This document shows positions 17,954 to 27,423 of a DNA stretch of 64,000 nucleotides, one piece after another (position 1 is the stretch's first letter; the number at the start of each line of letters is the position of its first letter). This DNA comes from Nitrospirota bacterium (GTDB lineage Bacteria > JACPQY01). The stretch is from positions 62,001 to 126,000 of the forward strand of contig JACPAV010000003.1 in NCBI GenBank assembly GCA_016180645.1, written 5' to 3'. Below the pieces are notes generated by a model that saw nothing but the letters and a program-made list of their open reading frames with translations, ran no database searches and was not told the origin of the DNA. A program made the position numbers and the translations under genes.

Positions 17954-20184
17954 GCCCTTCCCACGACCACTTCAACCCGGGTCCCGGTCCTTGGTTCAGA
18001 AGCAATCTGCAGGACACCGCCAACGGTCCTCGCGCGGTGGAGCATGTTTTCCAAACCCGTGGACAGGGATCCATTCAACCTTTCCGGATCGAATCCCACG
18101 CCGTCGTCCTGGATCGCCAGTCGGAGGCGGCCATCCTCTCGACTCCAATGGACGATCACGCGTTTGGCGGCGGCATGTCGAATGACGTTGGACAGCGCTT
18201 CCTGGAAAATTCGCGACAGGTGCAAGCGTAGTTCGGGGCGAAGCGCGCTGGAATCGCGGGTTCCGGCGGCGTCGGGCGGATTCTTGAATTCAAGTTCGAT
18301 TCCCAACGGAGTGAGGCTGTCGGCGGCATATCGCTTGAGCCAATCCAGAAAATCCTGATCCGTCTCCTGGGACCGAAGGGACCAACTGACCGTTCGAACT
18401 TCCTCCAGGCCTGACCGGGCCCGTTTTTCGATCAGCCCGAACAACTGCTCCACATTCGGAACCCGGCTCGGCACTCCGGCGCCTGTGTTCTTGAACGACT
18501 GGGCGAGAAGGATAATGTTGGTCAATTCCGAGCCGACCGTGTCGTGGATCTCCCGGCCGAGTCGTTCTCGACTCCGCTGCTCCCCTTCGATGGCCGCATC
18601 GTACTCCGACCGTTCGATGAGAAGTTCGATCAACAGACCCGCTTTCCCCACCAGTCGGGTGAGACTGTCCAGCGATTCCCGGTCGTATAACCGACAGTCC
18701 ACTCGGGGTCCGATACCCACCACGCCCAGAACTTGGCCATTGCGGTCGAGCATGGGCGCGAACGCGGCATCGAGAAGCGAAGGGCTCACTCCATCAAGGT
18801 CGTGCACCTCAGCCAGAAGCATCGCGCGTCTCTGAATCTTGAGCCGGGCTTCCAGTGTCAAATGATGTTTCGAAAGAGTCGCCTCGGCCTCGGCGCGACC
18901 ATCCTCATCGCCGAACCCGTATCTTCGCGGCGCCCCACTGGGCCGGCGAATCCACGCCACCAGCCACGCCGGCTGGAACAGTCGATCCAGAGCCCCTCGC
19001 AATTGAACGACAACCGCATCGGGTTCCGTCGCATCGAACAACCGCGTCTGTTCCATCTCGACCGCCTGCGGGCGGGGACTCTCCTCTCCACGCAACAGGC
19101 GACGGGCCACGATGAGCAGCTTCTCGCGTTGAAGGTAGAGCAGAGAGACCACAATGCCGCTGGCGGCGAGGCCGGACATCATGACGGACCGGCGATACAG
19201 GCCGACCGGCACGTGCGTGTGGGAAAGGATGAGAAAAAGCGCGCCATAAATGACGGCCAAGACAAGCAGACCGGTGATGATAGCGATGCTGGATTCCAGC
19301 AATCGATTCACCCGGACAATTCTCCAGGACTCCACCGCCAATCCCATTGCGATGGGAATCGGCAGCAGGACAAGGAGATTCCACTCCTCATCGAGGAGCG
19401 ATGCTTCACGCAGGACAACTCTCGGGACGTGGAGAAACACGGCGAGCGTCAGGCTGGCCGCAAGGCCGATGAAAATCCACTCCATGCGGGTTCGGTTCAC
19501 CGCCAAGGGCGCTCGGAGATACGTATCGAACAGGAGGATGACGACCAAGGGCAGGCCCACGGTCCAAAGCGCCCAGAAGAGGAGCGGCGAATCCCAACGG
19601 AACAATACGGCCGTCGCCAGAATGATGTACGCCCTGAGAGCCCACGTAAGAACGGGAAGCCTTCGCAAGGGAATACGGGGGGAGGGGAAGATGCTGAGGA
19701 AGCGAATCAACTCGACAATCGTCAGGCCCGCCGCAAAGTTGCCGGTGGCAAATATGGCCGCAAAGAGCCGAGTCTCAGGAATGGCGTTCTCCGAGTAGGC
19801 CGGCCACCACGTCAGCGCCATGAGTGCGCCTGCCCCGGCAAATTCCATGAACACTTTCCGCGTGAGTTCCGAAGCTCCGCGAAGGTAGACGAGAAGTCCG
19901 GTGAGAAAAAATGCAAGTACGATGAGGAGTCGTATGTTGTAGCTCGACCCGAAACGATGACCGCCCCCCGGCTGGGAGGGGTGGAGGACCGCTCGATAAG
20001 ACCTTCCCTCCCGCTCGACAACGACTCCGAGATCGCCGCTTTTCTTAACCTTCTCGAACAAAGCCGCCTGACTGTCGAGCCACTCACGAAGTCGAGACCG
20101 CGAAAGGAAATGAGCTCCCCGACCCCCAAATGGGAGCGACAGCTCGGCGTAGCCGTGGGCGAATCCTACCGGTGAATCGAGCAC
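17950..20184 (-). CDS. Membrane sensor histidine kinase (HisKA_3 type)
   Basis: Multi-TM N-terminus, RERLGREIHD, QEALSNVIRHA, DDGVGF, GLENM. Confidence 0.9.
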   Translation of the reverse strand: MLDSPVGFAHGYAELSLPFGGRGAHFLSRSRLREWLDSQAALFEKVKKSGDLGVVVEREGRSYRAVLHPSQPGGGHRFGSSYNIRLLIVLAFFLTGLLVYLRGASELTRKVFMEFAGAGALMALTWWPAYSENAIPETRLFAAIFATGNFAAGLTIVELIRFLSIFPSPRIPLRRLPVLTWALRAYIILATAVLFRWDSPLLFWALWTVGLPLVVILLFDTYLRAPLAVNRTRMEWIFIGLAASLTLAVFLHVPRVVLREASLLDEEWNLLVLLPIPIAMGLAVESWRIVRVNRLLESSIAIITGLLVLAVIYGALFLILSHTHVPVGLYRRSVMMSGLAASGIVVSLLYLQREKLLIVARRLLRGEESPRPQAVEMEQTRLFDATEPDAVVVQLRGALDRLFQPAWLVAWIRRPSGAPRRYGFGDEDGRAEAEATLSKHHLTLEARLKIQRRAMLLAEVHDLDGVSPSLLDAAFAPMLDRNGQVLGVVGIGPRVDCRLYDRESLDSLTRLVGKAGLLIELLIERSEYDAAIEGEQRSRERLGREIHDTVGSELTNIILLAQSFKNTGAGVPSRVPNVEQLFGLIEKRARSGLEEVRTVSWSLRSQETDQDFLDWLKRYAADSLTPLGIELEFKNPPDAAGTRDSSALRPELRLHLSRIFQEALSNVIRHAAAKRVIVHWSREDGRLRLAIQDDGVGFDPERLNGSLSTGLENMLHRARTVGGVLQIASEPRTGTRVEVVVGRA

Positions 20185-20224
20185 CCTTGCAAGGCCCCGA
20201 TTCGCTACCCGGCGGAAACCGGCC

Positions 20225-20851
20225 TCACTGAGCTGCCCGGAACCGCGGAAGGAGCTCGTCCAGAGCAGCCGGAATGTCTCCCTCCCGGCCCGACCAGAAA
20301 TGATCCGCGCCGCCTACCACGTGAACCCTCGCGCCGAGTGAGGCGGCCAATCCGTCCACGATGTCTCGAAGACAAAAAGCGTCTTCAGACCCGTAGACAA
20401 TCCCCACGTTCATCGGTGCCGGCGGGGGATCCCAAGGCGAGATGATCGAGACGGGGGGCGAGATCAGGATCAGCGATTCCGCCCGTCCCCCAACCCGCGC
20501 AAACCGAAACGCCACCCATGCGCCGAAGGAATAGCCCACCACCGTCACCCGCTTGACGCGATATTCGCGGCGCACATAGTCCACCACGGCCGCCAGGTCC
20601 GCTTGCTCTCCATCCCCGTTGTCGAATGTCCCCTCGCTTTGCCCGACCCCTCTGAAGTTGAACCGGACCCCAAGGCACTTGGCCTCTTTGGCCCAGTCAT
20701 ACGCAGCCATGACGACGCCGTGGTTCATGTCGCCGCCATACTGTGGGTGTGGGTGACACACGATCACCGCCTCGGCAGGGCTCCCCGGATGAGCCTCGAT
20801 CAGGGCTTCCAGTTTTCCCGCGCTCTTGATGAACAGCTTCCTCTTGATCAT
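20225..20851 (-). CDS. Alpha/beta hydrolase
   Basis: CHPHPQYGGDM, RFNFRGVG, GYSFG, GADHF. Confidence 0.9.
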   Translation of the reverse strand: MIKRKLFIKSAGKLEALIEAHPGSPAEAVIVCHPHPQYGGDMNHGVVMAAYDWAKEAKCLGVRFNFRGVGQSEGTFDNGDGEQADLAAVVDYVRREYRVKRVTVVGYSFGAWVAFRFARVGGRAESLILISPPVSIISPWDPPPAPMNVGIVYGSEDAFCLRDIVDGLAASLGARVHVVGGADHFWSGREGDIPAALDELLPRFRAAQ

Positions 20852-20996
20852 GGGGTCTCGACGACCCGATCCTCCCCCCGCCGGCCTGGAAGCGCAAGAA
20901 GATTTTGCTTGCCTTTTGCGCATCCTGTATTAAAGTCGTCCCACAAAAAACATGAGTGGTGGGAGTGATGAATCAGTCCAAAAATAGGAGGACAGA

Positions 20997-21158
20997 ATGG
21001 CAGGCAAGAGACTACCTTTCGGTGGCATGACGATTAATTTCGGCGGCCAATCGAAAAGCATCGAGGCCGTTTTCGGCGCGAAACCGGTGACCCCCGCTGA
21101 AATGAACAAGAAGCTGTGGGCTTACGTGAAGGCTCACAAGCTCGTCAAGAAAGGGTAA
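20997..21158 (+). CDS. 53-aa basic protein resembling the N-terminal half of a SWIB domain; absent from the ORF track
   Basis: AGGAGG RBS; MAGKRLPFGGMTINFGGQSKSIEAVFGAKPVTPAEMNKKLWAYVKAHKLVKKG*. Confidence 0.8.
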   Translation: MAGKRLPFGGMTINFGGQSKSIEAVFGAKPVTPAEMNKKLWAYVKAHKLVKKG

Positions 21159-21197
21159 GTCGACCGCAATTTCTTCCCCAGGGCGTCCTCGCGCATC

Positions 21198-22949
21198 GTG
21201 CGGGAGGATGGCCTTGGGGAAACTTCCACCGCCCCCCATCACCGCGCCGTGATGGGTGCGCGAGATCCATCCCCGCGAGTCCTCCCTCTCTCGGAGGCCA
21301 CTCGTCGTTTCGTCCGTCCTTCGATCCAGATGTACCTCGGCGGTTATCCGTTTCCCCACGCCGCCTGCCATGAAATCTTCCGACGGTTCAAAGGCCGGAA
21401 GCCGGGCTTCACTGTCATCGTCACGTCCGCCACTTCCGTAAATCTGGCCCCGTGGGTCCGAAATGGACTCATCCGCAAACTCATCAGCTCTTTCAACGGC
21501 GACGGCATGCCCTACCCCGCTCCCAATCCGGTCTACACAAAAGCCTACCGTGAGGGCTCGCTCATCTTTGAACACTGGACGATGCTCACCACGGTCCTCC
21601 GGCTTTGGGCCGGCGCCCTTCGCATTCCCTTCCTCCCGATGCACTCCGTCATGGGAAGCAGCCTCGAACAAGGCGCGCCGAAATCCTACGCCCGGCTCCG
21701 CAACCCCTTCGGCGGGGGCGAGGTCGGATTGGCCTCAGCCCTCGAACCGGACTTGTCTTTCATCCATGGAGTCGTGGGTGATCGATATGGAAGGGTGGTC
21801 CTTCCCGTTCCCTACGGCGTGCACGTCTACGGCGCGCTGGCAGCCAAACAGGGAGTGATTGCCACGGTGGAAAAAATCATCTCGCCGAAGCAGATGGACC
21901 GCTACACCCACCTGACCATGCTCCCACCGGACCTCGTCCTCGCCGTCTGCGAGGCGCCCTTCGGCGCCCATCCCGCCCCGATGATCTCTCCCGGCGTCCG
22001 CGAGGTGGAAAGCTACGGCGAAGACCCCGATTTTGTTCTCGATGTGCGCCGCGCCTGCCGGGAGGATGCAGCCTACGATGCGTGGATCAATCGCTGGATT
22101 CTCTCGGCGCGCACCCCCGCCGAGTACGCACGCCGTTTGGGACGTCGTCGATTGGCGGCACTCCATCGGAAGACGCTTCCCGAAACATGGAAGACCGGTC
22201 TCCGCGCCATGGCCGCCGTTTCCGAAACGCCCACGCCGCAGGAGAAGATGATTCTTGCGGCCAGCCGGATCATCAAGGAGCGTGCCCGGCAGCATGGTCA
22301 TCAATGCGTTCTCGCCGGAGTGGGCGCCTCTCACCTTGCCGCCTTCGTCGGATACCGTTCGGTGCGCCGGCCTTCCTTCAAGCTCATGGTCGAAATCGGG
22401 ACATACGGGTTCGTGCCCGTCGAGGGCGATCCTTTCATTTTCCATTCCCGGAACTTCGCCACAGCCATGCTGAACACGGACATCCTCACGGTTCTGGGCA
22501 TGTGTCTCCCCCATCCAAAACTTCGGAGCCTCGGCGTCCTCGGGGCCGCCCAAGTGGACCGTTTCGGCAATCTGAACAGTTCCCTGATCCCCGGCGACAA
22601 ACCGTTTTTCTTGGGCTCCGGCGGAGCCAACGACGTCGCTTCCCTCTCCTCCGCCGTCATCGTGGTGGCCGAACAGTCCAAACAACGCTTTGTGGAGCGG
22701 GTCCCCTACATCACCTGTCCGGGCGCGCGCGTCGTGTGCCTCGTCACGCAGCTGGGCGTGTTCGAGCGCCGCGGACGGTCCTTCGTACTGACCGCGCTAC
22801 AACCCGGCGTGGAAGTGGCGGATGTTCAAGCCGCGTGCGGATGGAAAATCCGCGTCGCCCCCCGCCTTCGCCGACTGCCCCCGCCGAGGCGGGACGCGCT
22901 TCGGCTCCTCCGGCAATTCGACCCGCCGCGCTTCTTCCTCGGAAAGTGA
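21198..22949 (+). CDS. CoA-transferase, fused alpha+beta (glutaconate CoA-transferase-like)
   Basis: EAPFGAHP, MVEIG, LGAAQVDRFGNLNS, GSGGANDVAS. Confidence 0.85.
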   Translation: MREDGLGETSTAPHHRAVMGARDPSPRVLPLSEATRRFVRPSIQMYLGGYPFPHAACHEIFRRFKGRKPGFTVIVTSATSVNLAPWVRNGLIRKLISSFNGDGMPYPAPNPVYTKAYREGSLIFEHWTMLTTVLRLWAGALRIPFLPMHSVMGSSLEQGAPKSYARLRNPFGGGEVGLASALEPDLSFIHGVVGDRYGRVVLPVPYGVHVYGALAAKQGVIATVEKIISPKQMDRYTHLTMLPPDLVLAVCEAPFGAHPAPMISPGVREVESYGEDPDFVLDVRRACREDAAYDAWINRWILSARTPAEYARRLGRRRLAALHRKTLPETWKTGLRAMAAVSETPTPQEKMILAASRIIKERARQHGHQCVLAGVGASHLAAFVGYRSVRRPSFKLMVEIGTYGFVPVEGDPFIFHSRNFATAMLNTDILTVLGMCLPHPKLRSLGVLGAAQVDRFGNLNSSLIPGDKPFFLGSGGANDVASLSSAVIVVAEQSKQRFVERVPYITCPGARVVCLVTQLGVFERRGRSFVLTALQPGVEVADVQAACGWKIRVAPRLRRLPPPRRDALRLLRQFDPPRFFLGK

Positions 22950-24028
22950 TCTCCTCCGCGCATCGTTGGCTTGAGGCTGCATCCCTCGTGGTCCTCTGCA
23001 CCCTGGCCGGATGCGGCGAGTCTCCCGCAAGGCCAATCCCACTCCCCGAAGGCAAATCCTTCGCCCTCGCGTTCATCGACGAAAGCGACAAGGCTTCCCT
23101 CGCGGCGGTCCGCCCCGTGTACGATGCGTTCATCGCAGCCGGATTCCGCCCCACCCTCGCCGTGTGGACGCACCGCCCCCGCTTCGATCACACCCAGGAC
23201 GGTCCGTTCGATGAAGCCCGCACGCCGGGCCACGGCGTGTCACTCGAAGATGAGGCGTGGAGAGAGTACCTCCGGCAACTCAACCTGCGCGGTTTCGAGA
23301 TCGCCTCCCACAGCGCGTCATCCGGCGACGACCCGCGCGAGATGATGAAGGATTCGTTTGAGAACCACCTGGCCTGGTTTGGCCATGCTCCCCGGATCTT
23401 CACGCCCCATCACTACAACCTCGAAACCCCGTACTCCACGGGAGACCTCTGGAGCTTCCCCTTCTCCATGATGGTAAATTGGACCGTCGGACGGGCATCG
23501 GAAGGGAGCCGGACGAATTCCCCTTATCGCTGGGACGATTCGTTCAGACGCTACATTCTTTACGCGAAAGGATGGGGAGTCTGGGGCCTCAACACCTTCG
23601 CTCGGATGCCGGGGATGCCCGCCCGCCCGACGGGTAGCGCAGAAGGTCCCGCTTGGTTCGCATGTACAAACGGCTACGCGCCGTCCCGATTGCCCGAGCT
23701 TTTCTCGGAGGTCCAATTTGAAAAGCTAGCTCGCGAGAAAGGCGTGGCCATCCTGTGCACCCATTTCTCAAGTTTCACCGAAAAGATGCCATCGGGAAAT
23801 TACGTCTTGCGGCCCTTCGCGCGGGATTTGATCGACTGGCTCTCCCGGCATCCTGATGCGTGGGTCGCTCCCGCCGGAGAGGTCCTGGATGCCCTCGCGC
23901 GGCAATCGGGGCGTCACCCGCCCACGTGGCGCGAACAGTCGGGCCTCTTTTCAGACGGACTCCGGAACTACCTGTTCCTCAATAAGCCGTGGACGCGGCG
24001 CTATCTCTCAACTCCGGGTGGTTCCTGA
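22946..24028 (+). CDS. Lipoprotein with polysaccharide-deacetylase-like domain
   Basis: GTGA overlap, lipobox LAGC, FALAFIDESD, GFEIASHSA, ILCTHF. Confidence 0.65.
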   Translation: MISSAHRWLEAASLVVLCTLAGCGESPARPIPLPEGKSFALAFIDESDKASLAAVRPVYDAFIAAGFRPTLAVWTHRPRFDHTQDGPFDEARTPGHGVSLEDEAWREYLRQLNLRGFEIASHSASSGDDPREMMKDSFENHLAWFGHAPRIFTPHHYNLETPYSTGDLWSFPFSMMVNWTVGRASEGSRTNSPYRWDDSFRRYILYAKGWGVWGLNTFARMPGMPARPTGSAEGPAWFACTNGYAPSRLPELFSEVQFEKLAREKGVAILCTHFSSFTEKMPSGNYVLRPFARDLIDWLSRHPDAWVAPAGEVLDALARQSGRHPPTWREQSGLFSDGLRNYLFLNKPWTRRYLSTPGGS

Positions 24029-25235
24029 GTAGTTGCCTCTCCTCCCGTCGAACCCGACCAGCCAGTTCGTCCGCGGAGGTCCGGCAGCGGCGGCGTGTGT
24101 CCAGCACGACGATGTATTCGACATTCATCGGTTTCCGCGAGAATCGCTGAGAGCTGACGCGGTATCGCTTGTAGCCGCGGAGCACCACATCCACGCGGCC
24201 CCGTTCTGCATTCGCCCGCAGAATCTCTTCCAAAGGGATCAGGCCGTCCGTACTGTAGCTCGTCAAGATCGTGTGAGCTTTTAGCGAGTGCACCAAATTT
24301 CGATACGCCGCGACCGTCTCACCTCGATAATTGTAGGCGCTCCGCCGTTTTGTCCGCCAGTCGGTCCGAATGGCCGATTTCGTGCCCCGTGTGATCCGGT
24401 TCGGAACGCTGGGCTTGTCCCACAGGGCGATGGAGTTCAGGACATGGTAGTTGCTCCCGTACGGATGTTGGTTGTAAGGCGGATCGAGATAGGCCACCGC
24501 GACCTCGTTCTTGATCTCCTTGGCAAGTGACTCGGAATCCTGGCACGTCGCGGCGTTCTCGAACCCATTGTCGTGGAACACCGCGGGAGTGAGCCGCAGG
24601 TCCGTGGCGATCCGATAGAGCGCCGTTTGGGTCTGACCTCCCCACCCCTTGTGAAATCCCTTGAACACCCCGCTCGTATTGCTTCGATAGCACGCCTGGT
24701 ACAGCAGCGGCGCGAGCAGACACGCTTCTTCTGTCTCGTTGATAAGCCCGGTCTCCCGCCATTCCTGGATCGCGGACCGGATCGCGTCGATCCGAACCCC
24801 GTTTTTCCTCATATAGAACATGCGGTCGGCTGAGACATCGTACTTTTCATCCGACCTGGGGCACAGATGCCCCGTAACCCATCCCTTTTTCGGGCGGAGC
24901 GAGTTCAGTTCTTCCAGTGCTGCCGCATAACCTCTGAGCCGTTTGAACTTTGGCACTTGATTGCAGGCCACGTAAGTCGTGTTGATGGGCTTTGTGTACG
25001 GCTCCCAATCGTTCGCGATCACCCGGAACCCGAGCTGCTTGGCGAATCGGGATACGACACCGCTTCCGGCGAAAAGATCAAGGAAGGTTTCACCGTGACG
25101 AACCGGAACATAACCCACCGCCTCTTGAATGAGATCCAGGAGCTTCCGCTTGCTTCCGATATAAGGGATGAGCTGATTGAAAACGTAGTCGTCCGTCCGC
25201 GCCGCCGCGTGCCGCGTCGGATCGTACACCGTCAT
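23979..25235 (-). CDS. DNA adenine methyltransferase, orphan
   Basis: PYIGSKRKLL, DLFAGSG (motif I), YLDPPY (motif IV); the long upstream extension in the ORF track is antisense to the lyase gene. Confidence 0.9.
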   Translation of the reverse strand: MTVYDPTRHAAARTDDYVFNQLIPYIGSKRKLLDLIQEAVGYVPVRHGETFLDLFAGSGVVSRFAKQLGFRVIANDWEPYTKPINTTYVACNQVPKFKRLRGYAAALEELNSLRPKKGWVTGHLCPRSDEKYDVSADRMFYMRKNGVRIDAIRSAIQEWRETGLINETEEACLLAPLLYQACYRSNTSGVFKGFHKGWGGQTQTALYRIATDLRLTPAVFHDNGFENAATCQDSESLAKEIKNEVAVAYLDPPYNQHPYGSNYHVLNSIALWDKPSVPNRITRGTKSAIRTDWRTKRRSAYNYRGETVAAYRNLVHSLKAHTILTSYSTDGLIPLEEILRANAERGRVDVVLRGYKRYRVSSQRFSRKPMNVEYIVVLDTRRRCRTSADELAGRVRREERQLLRNHPELRDSAASTAY

Positions 25236-25329
25236 TCGCGCCGCGCCGCGCCCATCCATGATGATTCCCACGTGCATAGTTCGGCCCGGCACGTCTGTCA
25301 ACCGGGAACTACCGGAGGCCCGCAAGCGT

Positions 25330-25358
25330 TTGCCGCGCATCCGGCCGATCTGTAAGAT
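25330..25358 (+). promoter_or_regulatory. Sigma70-like promoter, leaderless
   Basis: TTGCCG-17nt-TAAGAT, 6 nt before ATG 25365, no Shine-Dalgarno. Confidence 0.55.
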
Positions 25359-25364
25359 GCGCGG

Positions 25365-26684
25365 ATGAAATTCCCAGCCGGTGGAATGTCCCGCGAGCGC
25401 GTTCTCACCACCATGAAGGAGATGGGAGCCCAGGATGCCAACTGGAGAGACGGGCGAACGTGGAGCCTGGTTTTCTTCGCGGGGCAGGATGTTCTGGACG
25501 TCATCAAGGAAGCTCACGCCATGTTCATGTCCGAAAACGGGCTCAGTCCGATCGCGTTCCCGAGCCTGCGCCGGTTCGAAGCCGAGGTCGTGGCCATGAC
25601 CGCTTCGATGCTGGGCGGCGGACCCAACGCCGCAGGCACGATGACCTCCGGTGGCACCGAGAGCCTCCTCATGACGGTGAAGGCGGCGCGGGAACGCGCA
25701 CGGGCCGAGCGGAATGTGACTCAGCCTGAAATGATCCTCCCCATCACCGCGCATCCCGCGTTCCAAAAGGCTGCCCACTATTTCAACGTGAAGCCCGTCT
25801 ACATCCCCCTTCGCGATGATCTCCGCGCCGATGTTGACGCCGCCCGCAAGGCGGTCAACGGGAATACGGTCCTCATGGTGGGTTCCGCTCCAGGCTATCC
25901 TCACGGCGTGGTCGATCCGATTCGGGAACTCGCCGCCATCGCACAGGAAACCAACATCAGCTTTCACGTGGACGCCTGCCTCGGCGGTTTCCTGCTCCCG
26001 TGGGTGAAAAAACTGGGATACGCCATCCCCGATTTCGATCTGAGCGTGCCCGGCGTCACGTCGATCTCCGCGGACATCCACAAGTACGGCTACGCCGCGA
26101 AAGGCGCCTCCACGATCATCTACCGCGACGAAGCTTTGCGACGACACCAGTTCTTCGTTCACATGGATTGGCCCGGCGGGATTTATGCGTCCCCCAGCAT
26201 GACCGGCACGCGTCCGGGCGGTGCGATTGCCGCGGCATGGGCCGTAATGAATTACCTGGGGGAAGAGGGCTATCTCCGCCTCGCCAAGACAATCATGGTG
26301 ACCGCCCATCGATTGATGAACGGGATCCGTGAAATTCCTGAATTGAAATTGCTCGGCCGGCCCGACATGAGCGTGTTTGCGTTCAATTCAGATCGCCTGA
26401 ATGTGTATCAGCTCGGGGAAGAAATGGAAAAACGCGGCTGGAGGCTGGATCGGCAGCAATTGCCGCCAAGCCTCCACATGATGGTCACTCCGGCCCATGA
26501 AACCATCGTCGAACCTTTTCTCTCCGATCTGAAGGCCTGCGTGCAAACCGTGAAAGCTGCGGGAGATACGCCCGTCACAGGCCAGGCTGCATTATACGGA
26601 ATGGTGACGTCGCTGTCCGACAAAGGCCCGGCGAGAGAAATGGTGCTGGATTTCCTGAACCAGCTCCTGAAACCGGGAGACTGA
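25365..26684 (+). CDS. PLP-dependent sphingosine-1-phosphate lyase-like enzyme
   Basis: FPSLRRFEAEVV, TSGGTES, HVDACLGG, SADIHKYG (PLP lysine), GTRPGG. Confidence 0.85.
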   Translation: MKFPAGGMSRERVLTTMKEMGAQDANWRDGRTWSLVFFAGQDVLDVIKEAHAMFMSENGLSPIAFPSLRRFEAEVVAMTASMLGGGPNAAGTMTSGGTESLLMTVKAARERARAERNVTQPEMILPITAHPAFQKAAHYFNVKPVYIPLRDDLRADVDAARKAVNGNTVLMVGSAPGYPHGVVDPIRELAAIAQETNISFHVDACLGGFLLPWVKKLGYAIPDFDLSVPGVTSISADIHKYGYAAKGASTIIYRDEALRRHQFFVHMDWPGGIYASPSMTGTRPGGAIAAAWAVMNYLGEEGYLRLAKTIMVTAHRLMNGIREIPELKLLGRPDMSVFAFNSDRLNVYQLGEEMEKRGWRLDRQQLPPSLHMMVTPAHETIVEPFLSDLKACVQTVKAAGDTPVTGQAALYGMVTSLSDKGPAREMVLDFLNQLLKPGD

Positions 26685-26693
26685 TCCGGTACC

Positions 26694-27416
26694 TTGAGCA
26701 TTCCCGTCCTCGGCATTGTTGCGGTTGCCCACGCCGTCGAAACGATCACCGGTTTCGGCGCGACGATCATCGCGCTGTCGGCCGGGGCGTTTTTTCTTCC
26801 TCTGGATTCGCTCGTTGTCGCCCTGGTCCTCGTGGGATGGCTCCAGAGTCTCTGGCTCGTAGCGCGTGGCTTCCGCCACGTGGAATGGAAGTTTCTCCTT
26901 TACCAGGTTCTCCCGCTCTGCGGAATCGGTTTCCCCTTGGGAATTTTCGGGTTCGCGAAATTCCCGCAGCACCACCTCAAGACGGCCCTCGGCCTCTTCG
27001 TCGTCGCGGTGGCCGCCATGGAACTCCTTCGACTCCGCCGGGAAAAGGTCACCTCCAAGGAACTCCCTTTTGCAGCTCGCGCGGGACTCCTCGCCGCCGG
27101 CGGTTTTTTTCATGGTCTATTCGCCACCGGTGGACCCCTGGTGGTGTACTTTGCCAGCCGGGCCATTCTGGACAAGTCGCGTTTCCGTTCGACGCTCTCC
27201 GCCCTCTGGCTCATTCTCAACTCCATTCTGATCCTTTCCTACCTCGCCACCTCGCGCCTTCAACGCGAACCCGCCCTTCTTGCCGCGTCGCTCCTGCCCG
27301 CGCTGGCGATCGGGATTCTGGCCGGCGAGCAGCTCCATTCGCGGGTGAACGAGGTGGTCTTCCGAATCCTGGTCCAGGTTGTCCTGATCTTGACCGGCGC
27401 TTTCCTGCTGGCATGA
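26694..27416 (+). CDS. TauE/SafE-family transporter
   Basis: ETITGFG and GLFATGGP repeats, about 8 TM segments. Confidence 0.85.
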   Translation: MSIPVLGIVAVAHAVETITGFGATIIALSAGAFFLPLDSLVVALVLVGWLQSLWLVARGFRHVEWKFLLYQVLPLCGIGFPLGIFGFAKFPQHHLKTALGLFVVAVAAMELLRLRREKVTSKELPFAARAGLLAAGGFFHGLFATGGPLVVYFASRAILDKSRFRSTLSALWLILNSILILSYLATSRLQREPALLAASLLPALAIGILAGEQLHSRVNEVVFRILVQVVLILTGAFLLA

Positions 27417-27423
27417 TCCCACG

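Noticed and set aside
18733-20175. Long antisense ORFs (also 886-2157, 41531-42529, 62001-63632 and others)
   Set aside because: They mirror well-supported genes and have no motifs; this is expected in high-GC DNA.
22082-22945. 648-aa ORF overlapping the CoA-transferase
   Set aside because: Off-frame GC-rich read-through; the signal peptide starts at GTG 22946.
25236-26309. 776-aa ORF suggesting a large N-terminal fusion on the methyltransferase
   Set aside because: The extension is the antisense shadow of the PLP lyase gene; MTase motifs begin only after about 25235.
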